A stretch of 64,000 nucleotides of DNA from IMG/VR virus record IMGVR_UViG_3300031555_003522, positions 128,001 through 192,000 of that record; one strand, written 5' to 3'. The notes under the pieces are model-generated. The model was not told the origin of the DNA. It was given only the letters and a program-made list of their open reading frames with translations, and made no database searches. The position numbers and the translations under genes were made by a program. Below are positions 47,563 to 57,465 of the stretch, one piece after another. Numbering within the stretch: position 1 is the first letter of the stretch; every line of letters begins with the position of its first letter. The stretch is from a virus. Taxonomy: Duplodnaviria > Caudoviricetes.

Positions 47563-48345
47563 ATGGCAAAAAGAGTTCTAGAAGAACCTATTGAGTTCTT
47601 TAAGATAGATAAAATATCGGATGATGTTTATGCATTAGGTCCGAATGTGGTATTAAAATTTAATGTATCTCTTTCCAAGGTGGCGAATGGAAAGAGATAT
47701 CATTTTCATAAAGAATATGAATATCCTTCTAAGTGTAATGATATTCCTACAGTTGCTACAATCAAAAGAAGTTTTGATTATTATCTTTCTATAGAGAATA
47801 TTCAGAAAGATGATAATGGAAATAAAGCATTTATAAGAATTGGAGCTCAAGAGTATATGATATTTAAACGCGCTTTAGATGTCGTAACCTCTTGGTTCAC
47901 TTCTGAAGAATTTAAATACCTTTTTGCAAGAAATAAAGGTAAACTTATTATAACTAATCCTATTCCAGAGTTTACTATATCAAATTTACCTATGCAGAAG
48001 GTTATAACATTTGTACCTACAATAATAGATAAAGGTATAGCTAATGATGATAAAGAACCTGGCATAAGAATGTATATAGGCGATAATTCATCTTTTGTAG
48101 ATATGGATTTAGATCGATTTATGGGATTATATTATGTATTCTCATGCTTCAATATGTATCAAGCTGCAACCATTATGATAAATTATCTAGAAAGACCAGA
48201 ACTTGGTACAAATAGATTCGTAATGGATGTACCTCAACAATCTTATAATTATAATAAAGAATCTAAGAGTGGAGCTGAAGGTATAACCGGAAGAGTTGTC
48301 ACTCCAAAGAATTCAAAAAATAATATAAGTGCATTAGGAGGATAA
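47563..48345 (+). CDS. Hypothetical protein
   Basis: ATG at 47563 after GAGGAG; AACT-N6-TA at 47529-47540. Confidence 0.8.
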   Translation: MAKRVLEEPIEFFKIDKISDDVYALGPNVVLKFNVSLSKVANGKRYHFHKEYEYPSKCNDIPTVATIKRSFDYYLSIENIQKDDNGNKAFIRIGAQEYMIFKRALDVVTSWFTSEEFKYLFARNKGKLIITNPIPEFTISNLPMQKVITFVPTIIDKGIANDDKEPGIRMYIGDNSSFVDMDLDRFMGLYYVFSCFNMYQAATIMINYLERPELGTNRFVMDVPQQSYNYNKESKSGAEGITGRVVTPKNSKNNISALGG

Positions 48346-48349
48346 TAGA

Positions 48350-49012
48350 ATGGATTATACATATATTCATCCCATGTTTACTGAAGATGATGAGGATATA
48401 GCTATAGATTATTTGGCTAATCGAATGGTAAATACTGCAGATATAGCATTATATAATGGAGAAAATGAAGATGGCCAACCAAACCTTATATCTGCTCAAC
48501 ATTTAAATAAAGATTTTTTAAAAGAAATGACAAAGCAGATGGTTATAAGATTATATGGTGTAAATATAATTACTATGGCAAACTACGCGCAAGTTCAAGA
48601 TATTTTCTACGATAAGTATTCTGCTTATCTTATCAAATATTTAAACTTTTGTGGAATAAAAGCAAGTTTTGTCATGTTTACACCATCATCTATAACACCA
48701 TATGCTATGAGTAAATATATAGCAAAGAATCCTAATAAGCCATTGGCTCATTATAATCCCAATAGACCTTGGACTTTTAACGTTACGAAGGATATCGGAA
48801 TTAATTTAATGAATCCATTAAATGGTATGGATATTGTTATATTACGCCTCGAAGGTATAAAGGAGTATATGCCAATTCTCATAAAACACATGTTTCAAAG
48901 AGAACCTACTCCTGATGAACTGGAATATGATAACTTAGATCTAAAGATATTGCCTAGTTCTACTATATCAGATCTATTAGATCTAGTTAGAATATTAAAT
49001 ATAGTTTTCTAA
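48350..49012 (+). CDS. Hypothetical protein
   Basis: GGAGG RBS, operon position. Confidence 0.75.
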   Translation: MDYTYIHPMFTEDDEDIAIDYLANRMVNTADIALYNGENEDGQPNLISAQHLNKDFLKEMTKQMVIRLYGVNIITMANYAQVQDIFYDKYSAYLIKYLNFCGIKASFVMFTPSSITPYAMSKYIAKNPNKPLAHYNPNRPWTFNVTKDIGINLMNPLNGMDIVILRLEGIKEYMPILIKHMFQREPTPDELEYDNLDLKILPSSTISDLLDLVRILNIVF

Positions 49013-49031
49013 AGAAAGGCGCAGAGGAGAT

Positions 49032-49382
49032 ATGGAGTTTATATTGAGTAGATTTAGAACTTTTCTTGAAATGCATAAAATTTTTCATATGGAAGAAGTG
49101 ACTTTTAAAGGAGAGGTATTTGTAGACATGATAATAGAAGATGATGAATTACGTCATCTTTTGTTAGACTGCAATTACAATTCTTTAAACTATGAAGATG
49201 GTTTACAAGAGTTAACAGTCGATAATAGATACGATACTTCTAAATACATAAAGCCTATTGCTTCTATTCCTGAAAATAGATCTTCAAAATGTGTTCGTAT
49301 TATTTGTGATGACCATTATGCAATCAAGGTAAACAAGGCTAGTCATATTATTATGAACTACCATTCAAAGCATTCAATCTAA
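49032..49382 (+). CDS. Hypothetical protein
   Basis: GAGGAG RBS. Confidence 0.65.
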   Translation: MEFILSRFRTFLEMHKIFHMEEVTFKGEVFVDMIIEDDELRHLLLDCNYNSLNYEDGLQELTVDNRYDTSKYIKPIASIPENRSSKCVRIICDDHYAIKVNKASHIIMNYHSKHSI

Positions 49383-49426
49383 TGAAAACTTAGAGGATAG
49401 GACAAACGTCCTATCCTCATTTTCTT

Positions 49427-50191
49427 TTATACTGTAAACATCAATGGTTGATTACTATTGGCCGCAGATACATAAGAATCTTTTAGCTCTGCAAGAATAT
49501 CGCCTCTAGTAGATGCTTTAGACTCAAGATCTCCTAATTTAAGATCTATATTTGCATAAACAGTCTCCAGGCCATCATAATACTTCAATTCCTCGTAAAG
49601 GAATCTAGCAACATCGGCCTCTGCCAATGCCTCTAAGGTTTCCATCATAGTGGCAGGAATTGTCATTAGATTGGGAGCATGTTTAATAAGAAGATCTACA
49701 GGAAAAGTATTCATACCTCTAGTTATATCAGCTCCAGTAACTGTAGAAAGCTTTATCATATTGGGTGGCTTAAACTCCACATAGATCTGGTTATTAAATA
49801 GCGACATATGGTCAGCTCTCATCTGCAGGAGCATGACATCATCGAGTCCATATTGATTGGTCATGAAATCATAAGTTCCATAACCCTGAGCCTCTTGAAG
49901 TCGGAGACTATCTTTAGAGAATAAAGACCAATCTATATCCCTAACTCCAATAACTTCAATATTATCAGCAAGATGTTCATCAATAAGATAATATCCTTGA
50001 GCATTTCTTTGGGAAAGATCTAAAAGTACTTTCATAGAATTAGGGAAATATCTACTGAAAGTGTCTAGTGTATCTTCTATAATAACTTTAGCCCAATTAT
50101 CTTTTGTAAGATAATCAGGGAGATTTAATTGTCTAGTGCCTAATCTACGCTCTAATTTATCAAGGAGCGCATTCATCTTATTAGGTGGCAT
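49427..50191 (-). CDS. Putative virion protein (neck/head-tail adaptor-like)
   Basis: AACA-N6-TA at 50207-50218 (-); N-terminal RRLG...I..TL..FSRYFP pattern resembles neck proteins. Confidence 0.5.
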   Translation of the reverse strand: MPPNKMNALLDKLERRLGTRQLNLPDYLTKDNWAKVIIEDTLDTFSRYFPNSMKVLLDLSQRNAQGYYLIDEHLADNIEVIGVRDIDWSLFSKDSLRLQEAQGYGTYDFMTNQYGLDDVMLLQMRADHMSLFNNQIYVEFKPPNMIKLSTVTGADITRGMNTFPVDLLIKHAPNLMTIPATMMETLEALAEADVARFLYEELKYYDGLETVYANIDLKLGDLESKASTRGDILAELKDSYVSAANSNQPLMFTV

Positions 50192-50302
50192 TATATCATC
50201 TCCTTTTAAATAAATGTTGAAATAGCTATATCTAACATTTTTAAATATATACTATAGATGTGATAATGAGGAGATTTAAAAACTTTATAATAAATAAAAA
50301 GA

Positions 50303-50527
50303 ATGGAGGGACAGGTTTTGTTAATTAAGACTAGAGTTATTGATGAATTTATAGTACGTCTCATTAATGATGATCATCGCAATATGTGGATTGGTAAGTT
50401 TGATACGTCTACTATTGAAAATGTATATGCCGATACGGAAGGAGATCTGTATAAAGAGATCTATAATGCTATTGCAAAGTATAAAGGCCTTCCCATTCCA
50501 TATCCTGATGATAAAGAAGAAGAATAA
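50303..50527 (+). CDS. Small early protein with a HicB-like pattern
   Basis: TATACTAT-N5-TGA at 50248-50263; TTG 50318 after GGAGG is an alternative start. Confidence 0.6.
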   Translation: MEGQVLLIKTRVIDEFIVRLINDDHRNMWIGKFDTSTIENVYADTEGDLYKEIYNAIAKYKGLPIPYPDDKEEE

Positions 50528-50563
50528 GAAGGTAGAGATAAAACTCTACCTTCTTATTTTTTT

Positions 50564-53144
50564 TTATTTTATGAATTGAGCAAGATTACCGGCTAATACA
50601 GAGTATGGTTGTTCATCTTCATCATTATAGAAGTTATCAAATACTTCATTAGGAATAGTTTGCACTTGTGAAGACATCTGAGGTATCATCATTTTATACC
50701 TATCAGATATAGATTTTTGTACAGCCTTATCAGATAGCAATCTTGTCATGCATTCTTCGTCCTTTTGTTGCTCTTGACGCATCCAATCTTCATAAAGAAG
50801 TTTACCAGGAGCATTTTCCATTGCTTGAACAGCTTGCTGGATTTCTTCATTATCGCTTACATCAAGATCGGTAACAACTTCTTCATTATCTTCATGTATA
50901 TCTACAACAGCCTCTTCAAGATCAGCATCTGTACGGAGCACCCTCTTTGTGATACCCCAATTGTTCATCAAATCTCCACCGTTGTAATATACGAACAATC
51001 CCCACAGCCAAGAGAATACCTGGTCATCGTGAGTATTACTCGAATGCTCAATCTTACCATTCTTCTTAACCTCTAGGCCGCATAATTCTTCATAAATTGT
51101 AGGAGATATAATCTTATCTTTATGATATTCAACACGGTCTCTCAGAATTTCCATTAGGTTCTCGCGTTCTGCCTTTGTAGAATCGGAGCCATATACTTTA
51201 GTCTTTTGAGTGCGTTTATGTATCGCAGCACCAACTATTCTCTCTTCGATAACTTTATCTTTTATAGTATAGAATAGATTCTTTCTAATAGAAGTCTGTA
51301 AAAGACGCGCGATTACTGACGCGCCGAAACCCATTTGTTTATTACTGGACGCAACTCCAATAACCTTGGCTCATTCCAAGCAGTTCCATTACAGAACCTG
51401 TGCAGATCATTTGTCATTCTAAACAGCCGTTAGAACGGGATTTTTCTTCCGCCATTAGCTTGCGGTTCTACTCTCTCGTCAAGAGATGATCGTTGAACGT
51501 TTATCTTATAAGATGTGGTATTCTTATAAGATATTTCGCTGCTATACATGGACTTGTCAGTGAATATTTAGGATTTAACCTTGTATTCATCCTTACTACT
51601 TTTTTATGCTTTCGCAACCATCACGCTCATCTTTACAGATCACGTTGTGGTGAGTAAGGCTCTTAACCCACTTCATAGCAATTAACACCTTGAAACATAA
51701 AGATCACTCTTTATGCTGCGATTGCTGTATAAGCTACGCCGTTTCGTTCGATATTTACTACTGCATTAGGCATCCATTTTGAAACAATGTCATGGATTAC
51801 CATTGCTAGTTCTGGGGTTGATATAAAATTACTATTAAGCTCTGCTGTTACTCTTGTGCTGAAAGAATCAATTATAGTAATTGCAGAGGAGTCTCTTTGA
51901 TAACCGCCAGAGACGTCAACTCCAATAATGGGCGGATACTTCATATTAATCTTCTCATAAATTTTGAGTTCATACTTATTGAGAAGAAGCACTGTATTGA
52001 TAGGATGCTTAAGTAGACCCTTAATAGTATCCAAATCTTCTGCTCTGAAAGGAGAGTTCTCAGAAGAATTAGACCATTCAAGCAAAACTTCTCGACGGAT
52101 TGCATCCCAGTCTTTACGCATTGTAATACAGAGATCTCTAAACCACTGTTCGCTCTTACCGAGTTGCTGGTATGTATACTTAATGTAAATAAAGTTAGAG
52201 TTGGTATTACTATTGACGATATCATAAATCTGTTCCTTGGTAAGGTCATACCATCTTTCACTGAAGGGAGTAGCATTCTCCTTCATATTGAAAGCTTCTA
52301 CGCCTTCATCTGTAGTAAGCATACCAGGAGTAGTAGTAACCAGCATTCCATAAGGACTACCATTTCTCTTAGCATTCTGAGAAGCAGTATTAAATGCAGG
52401 AACCATGTTAGTATAAATAATGGAGTTATATTGAATAAAGCCATACTCGTCGATATAGATAATCGGAGTTGTACGACCACGCATCAGGCTAGCTGCAGCA
52501 ACTTTATTTCTTGCAGAAGCAACGGTTCTGATACGGTTATTATTTACAGGATGCTGTAATGTCTCAACGTTATTCTTACCCTTGATTCTAGATCCATCAG
52601 GAGCAAATGCTTGATCCATCTTGAGCCAAGAAGGTAATAATGCTCTAAGTTCTCGAATACGCTGTAAGTTTAATTTAGAGTCATCAAGCTTCTTATTAAG
52701 GAAGCTCATTTCAGCATTGGCTGTGCCAAAATTAAACAGATACAAATACCAGCAAAGACTAGACATAGTCTTACCAGTCTGACGAGGCATCTCTAAGAAT
52801 GTATTCAAGTTAAGCATTAGGGCAAAAATTAATGCAAGGTTACCTCTAGAGAGCTCAAATTTAACACCTGTAGCTTGGCCAGAATCTGGAATTCGTACTA
52901 TTTCTCTAAAGAAGTACCAAGGGTTAAAGATACACTCTCTAAGAACCTTAGTCTTCATCATAGCACTTAAATTAGGATCATATGGATCTATTCTTGCTAG
53001 ATCAGGATCCAATAAAACTAGCATAAATCTATTGTTTTCTATACCAGCATCTTTAAGATATCTGTGTACTTCTAGAAAACTTTTATTGGTTGTACTCATA
53101 TGATAATACACTGTGGTCTGAGTTTGACCATACATAATAGCCAT
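50564..53144 (-). CDS. terL: Terminase large subunit; exons 53144-51738 and 51331-50564, 724 aa spliced
   Basis: Walker A MPRQTGKT, RG...IYIDEYGF, TTTP, IIGVDVSGG...DSS, IERNG|GFG, HDDQV; AACT-N6-TA at 53180-53191 (-). Confidence 0.92.
51332..51737 (-). mobile_element. Group I intron in terL (ORF-less, 406 nt; boundaries could shift by 2 nt)
   Basis: aattgcta / tagcagcgaa (P4), gttcaacGATCA / aaaTGATCt (P7 variant), ends ...aaatG; removal restores the reading frame. Confidence 0.85.
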
Positions 53145-53243
53145 AGAAGTTCCTCCTTTCATATGAGTAGCAAAGATATTAATTATAAGTTGACTTCTAT
53201 ACCCCTTATTCGAGCTAATGGTAATTAGAGAAATGAATGATAA

Positions 53244-53259
53244 TATATTATAAATATGA
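53244..53259 (+). promoter_or_regulatory. Early-type promoter TATATTAT-N5-TGA
   Basis: Exact motif upstream of a 4-gene operon. Confidence 0.7.
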
Positions 53260-53303
53260 AATAATATGATACTCAAGTATCAAAATAAAAGGAGAATGAA
53301 ACT

Positions 53304-53975
53304 ATGCCAAAAATAAACTTTTTAAGGCCAGTAGTAATACAAGAACACGTATTTCTAAACCAAAAAACTGACCCAATTTTTAATTGGAATGTGGTTATGG
53401 CTGTCAATGCTATTGTAGATGACTATGTATATGCTCTCACGTTATCTAAGAATATGCTTAAAGTTCTATACCGTCTCATTACAACGGGAGATTATACTCC
53501 TAAGATTTCTATCATCGAAAACTTTGATAAGAGCCGGGTGTCTTATGATGAAAGCGATGATGGACTTTATGGATTTATTAGATATCATTTTTCCGATGAC
53601 TGGCAGAAGTATACAGATGAAGATGATGAATTCTATAATAATACCATCCTGATCTTTATGAGCACATATATAGATCTTCAGGAATATGTTTTTGATGACA
53701 GCGATCGTGATAAATACGAATATTATGAGGCTAGTGAAGTAGATTGTGATATCAGTAATGAAGGATCTTATTTCATAAGCTATTTCGAGGGTCTTTATTA
53801 TGCCATTTCTCTGAGTGATTTTAGAGACGGAGTAGTTGGGGTATCTAATACATTACATGGAGCAGTAGCAAAACTAGAGAAGTATCTGTCTGATACTTTT
53901 AACCTCCCTGAATGTATTTATTTTGATTGCGATGTTAAGGAGGGTAACGTATGGATATCAAAGAAGGAGCAATGA
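53304..53975 (+). CDS. Hypothetical acidic early protein
   Basis: AAGGAG RBS. Confidence 0.75.
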   Translation: MPKINFLRPVVIQEHVFLNQKTDPIFNWNVVMAVNAIVDDYVYALTLSKNMLKVLYRLITTGDYTPKISIIENFDKSRVSYDESDDGLYGFIRYHFSDDWQKYTDEDDEFYNNTILIFMSTYIDLQEYVFDDSDRDKYEYYEASEVDCDISNEGSYFISYFEGLYYAISLSDFRDGVVGVSNTLHGAVAKLEKYLSDTFNLPECIYFDCDVKEGNVWISKKEQ

Positions 53976-54307
53976 CCTATATCGATCTATTCAGACGACA
54001 CGGATGGGTTGTAGATATCTTAGGCCATAACGACTTCATTGCTTATAATGATGTCTACTTCGTTGCATTTTCTGTATATAACAGATATGCATCTGCAGTA
54101 TCTTATCTTCTTTGCGATAAAGAAGAATTTATTAGAGAATGGAAAAGTAAATCAAGCTACCAAGCTATTGGTAGCTTTGCTTTCCATGATTATATGCTTG
54201 GAAGAGCACAATCTAAATTCAATCAGTTTGGAGGAATCGCTAATCACGATCATGACACATTTGAGATCGAGAGATGGCTTATCAAATTGGAGGAGAATAG
54301 AAAATGA
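53951..54307 (+). CDS. Hypothetical early protein
   Basis: Overlapping operon gene; ATG 53972 is an alternative start. Confidence 0.7.
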   Translation: MDIKEGAMTYIDLFRRHGWVVDILGHNDFIAYNDVYFVAFSVYNRYASAVSYLLCDKEEFIREWKSKSSYQAIGSFAFHDYMLGRAQSKFNQFGGIANHDHDTFEIERWLIKLEENRK

Positions 54308-54861
54308 ATACAGAATTGAAAAAACCTATAGCATATACCTTTATTCGTCGCTCCTATATGATGAATAGTTCAAGGCCCTTTATCAGCTCTAAGGCTAAGC
54401 TTTATAAGGATAAAAACAACTGTAGCAAGGCTTTGGATAAAATCCTTAATCATGATTATGCAGTAATATCTAAACAAGCCGAGTCTGAATGTTGGGCCCA
54501 TAGGTTTATCGACATCGACGAGTGTTCTGGTAGAGCTGAGTATGAGATCCGTGGATATGAATCTGAAGATCACGATAGCGAATTCGTACTTCTATATCAA
54601 TATATGATTTATCCTATCTATCATTATGCAGATTCTGATCGGTATTGTTATAGAGGCTATTATATAACTGGAAGGATAGTTGAAGATCCTGAGTATGGCA
54701 TCGATAATGAATATGTAGCGATCAGTTATACTGGAGATGATCTTCCCATTCCGGCAGCTAATACAATCAGTGTTCTGCTCAATAATATCAATAACTTTAT
54801 TGAGTACATGAAAGCAATTGGAATGCAGACAGAAAAGGAGGAAGAGTATGATCCAGATTGA
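54304..54861 (+). CDS. Hypothetical early protein
   Basis: ATGA overlap; GGAGGAG RBS. Confidence 0.75.
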   Translation: MNTELKKPIAYTFIRRSYMMNSSRPFISSKAKLYKDKNNCSKALDKILNHDYAVISKQAESECWAHRFIDIDECSGRAEYEIRGYESEDHDSEFVLLYQYMIYPIYHYADSDRYCYRGYYITGRIVEDPEYGIDNEYVAISYTGDDLPIPAANTISVLLNNINNFIEYMKAIGMQTEKEEEYDPD

Positions 54862-55336
54862 TGAGGATGAAGTAATCGTTGGTAAGCGATTGTTCTCTGC
54901 CGGATTCAATGATGATGGTTCTGTTAAACAAATTGATAGTACTGATGTTATTTATGAATCTTTTGAGGAAGCATTCGAGGACGTTAGTAATCCCCTTAAT
55001 ATTCTCTATGGTGGTATGACTGATGAGAGTGTATCTGATGAATTTAAGGGAATTATCACGTTTAAAAGGAGCGACAAAGATATTGACAATGTCGGGCATA
55101 GCATGATTCTTGATATCTATAAACATGGCAGAAAGAAAGCTCAATATTGCATCCTTCCTGTAGTTATTAATAAACTGCAGATAATTGCTTATAGAGGAAT
55201 GTTTATTCAGCCATTTGATATCGGTAAGTATCTTATTTGTAGGCGAGATCATAAAGAGCTCTCTGTGAAGAAGTCTCTTGATCTGGCATTTTCATTTATC
55301 GATACCTATCTGCTCATTAATCCGGAATGGCAATAA
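54848..55336 (+). CDS. Hypothetical early protein
   Basis: ATG at 54848 after AAGGAGG. Confidence 0.7.
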   Translation: MIQIDEDEVIVGKRLFSAGFNDDGSVKQIDSTDVIYESFEEAFEDVSNPLNILYGGMTDESVSDEFKGIITFKRSDKDIDNVGHSMILDIYKHGRKKAQYCILPVVINKLQIIAYRGMFIQPFDIGKYLICRRDHKELSVKKSLDLAFSFIDTYLLINPEWQ

Positions 55337-55376
55337 ATAAAGAGGGAGTCTTTCGACTCCCTCTTATTTTTTTTTT
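55335..55376. terminator. Bidirectional terminator
   Basis: agagggagtc / gactccctct with A and T flanks. Confidence 0.85.
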
Positions 55377-56214
55377 ACTTATTAGACATCGCTTTAGCCA
55401 TTTCTAAGCAGAAACCTTCAATTTCATTATGGATATGATTCTCCAGATTAACAACAAAAATGTCACCAGTCTTAGCAACAAGCTGCACTTTGCTACCACC
55501 GTCAATCAGGGTAGAAGATTCATACATAAAGTCAATCTGATTCAGTAAAGACTTAATATTTGCAGACTCGCTCTTAATGTAGGAAAGAACACTTTCATTT
55601 GTAATAGGAATCAATCTGCCATTATTATTTATACGCTCTATTTCAATCTCAGTACTAATAGTGCCAGACTCAGTGACTAATCTAGTGGTATAAGCATGAG
55701 GATGAGACGGGTAAATAACCCTATCCCATGTAATAACGCGCAGATTCTTAACGACATTACGACCATGAAGATTCTCTAAAGAACCAAGAGCTCTCAAAGA
55801 CCAGCTAGGCAGAACACCTTCGCGAAGATCCTGATCAAACTCTTCACCCTTTTCATTATTAGTGCCCTTGAACTGAGCCATGACATTATTACCATCCATC
55901 CAAATCTTGGTAAAGCGAGCAACAGTGTTATTAGGATCAATAGTCTGCTGACGCATCATAGAAGTGTCCATAGGATGGCCATTCTCAGACAGCATATTAC
56001 CAGTACTTAAGAGCTCAATAGTACGAGGACAGTTAATTTCTCTAAGCAGATCGGGCTGTAAATAACAGCGGCCGTTACGATTTTCTTCTTCTGCAGTCTG
56101 GATAATACCCTCTCCAAGAACTCTCTTGCCAGTATCGGAAATAACCTTAGCCTGGGGGATTTCAATAGGAGCACTTTCCAGAATGACAAAACCAATAGTT
56201 GGTTTATTAGACAT
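55375..56214 (-). CDS. Prohead protease (T4 gp21-like)
   Basis: NRNGRCY, ENGHP, SWSLRALGSL, ITWDRVIYPSHPHAY; AACA-N6-TA at 56244-56255 (-). Confidence 0.9.
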   Translation of the reverse strand: MSNKPTIGFVILESAPIEIPQAKVISDTGKRVLGEGIIQTAEEENRNGRCYLQPDLLREINCPRTIELLSTGNMLSENGHPMDTSMMRQQTIDPNNTVARFTKIWMDGNNVMAQFKGTNNEKGEEFDQDLREGVLPSWSLRALGSLENLHGRNVVKNLRVITWDRVIYPSHPHAYTTRLVTESGTISTEIEIERINNNGRLIPITNESVLSYIKSESANIKSLLNQIDFMYESSTLIDGGSKVQLVAKTGDIFVVNLENHIHNEIEGFCLEMAKAMSNK

Positions 56215-56382
56215 AATATAAACCTCCCGAATTTTAATTCAATTATCGATATGTTGGCTAATTTGATTGCTTTAGGCTATTTGAATTTATTTATACAAAT
56301 GTGAAACTTATCTTATATGAAAATATATTATAAATATGAGTAGACAAAAACCACAACTACTAATGACAAGGAGAATGAAATC

Positions 56383-57135
56383 ATGGGCAACTATAAGTTT
56401 TTCACAAAAGAGGAAGATCAGCTTATCCTGGATAACTATCAGACTATGGGATCTAGAATCACAGATCTATTTCCTAATAGATCCAAGGCATCTGTTATGG
56501 GACGTGCAAATAAGTTAGGAGTTCATATCAGCAAAACTGTTTCTGATTGGACAAATGAGGAAGAAGATATCCTTAGAAAGCACTATCCTAAAATTGGAGT
56601 TAAGGTAATAGATATGCTACCGAATAGAAGCGAGTATGCTATTAAAAATCGCGCTTCAGTTTTAAAGATTAAAGGTCCTTCTGCATGGACCAAGGAAGAA
56701 GATTATCAGATAAGAAAGCATAATATGGAAATTAGTAAAGAACTGATGGAATTGCTTCCTGGTAGATCTGAAGGTGCTATAAGAATTAGAATTAAGCAAC
56801 TTCAGACCGCTAAATTGACATCTAATAAAGATAAATATACTTATATGAGTTATCCTCTCAATATTTATATATTGGTATTTGGAACTCATAAAGGATATGA
56901 TAAAATCTATCCTGAATTTGATAGCATAATTACTAAGCATCTTGATGCGATTATTAAGCATAATCCCGATAAAATTGATTATGCAACCAAGATGGTAGAA
57001 GCATTTGATTTGAGGTTTAAGAAGCATCTCCCGGCATATGATATTTCAAGGGAACTAAATATATCTGAAGATATGGTAAATAAACTTTGTGTACAATGCA
57101 TCAATATCTTTAAACGCACAATGGTTAAACACTAA
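56383..57135 (+). CDS. Putative DNA-binding regulator: three Myb/SANT-like repeats plus a sigma-region-4-like HTH
   Basis: (F/W)T.EE...(L/I)...P.RS...(I/V)..R repeated three times; C-terminal LRF...DISRELNISEDMV; early motif at 56324-56339. Confidence 0.7.
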   Translation: MGNYKFFTKEEDQLILDNYQTMGSRITDLFPNRSKASVMGRANKLGVHISKTVSDWTNEEEDILRKHYPKIGVKVIDMLPNRSEYAIKNRASVLKIKGPSAWTKEEDYQIRKHNMEISKELMELLPGRSEGAIRIRIKQLQTAKLTSNKDKYTYMSYPLNIYILVFGTHKGYDKIYPEFDSIITKHLDAIIKHNPDKIDYATKMVEAFDLRFKKHLPAYDISRELNISEDMVNKLCVQCINIFKRTMVKH

Positions 57136-57201
57136 TATGATAAAAGGCTCTGAAAGGGGCCTTTTATTTTTTATTAAATAAAAAATATTAAACTTATGTA
57201 T

Positions 57202-57441
57202 AAGAGAGTAATCACGATATATTGAGCAAGACATTCAGGGCTTGGGAGATATATACTTTTTAAAATATATAGGAAGTGGTGAGCCTGTATATTTTTCAGA
57301 TTACTCTTTCATTCTTTATTGTGCGTGGAGAACACAATAAAGAGATGAGGCGAAATGATTATGGAGTATAATGATGAAAGGATCTTTTATACAAGATCCG
57401 GATTATTACAGATGCCTGATCAGCATCTGTAATAATTTTTG
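57202..57441 (+). ncRNA. Putative structured RNA, or structured leader plus a 25-aa ORF (57355-57432)
   Basis: AACT-N6-TA at 57191; 5' end aagagagtaatc pairs with 57299-57310; further hairpins; terminator 57401-57441. Confidence 0.4.
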
Positions 57442-57465
57442 TTTTAATCATCTTAACATATCATT

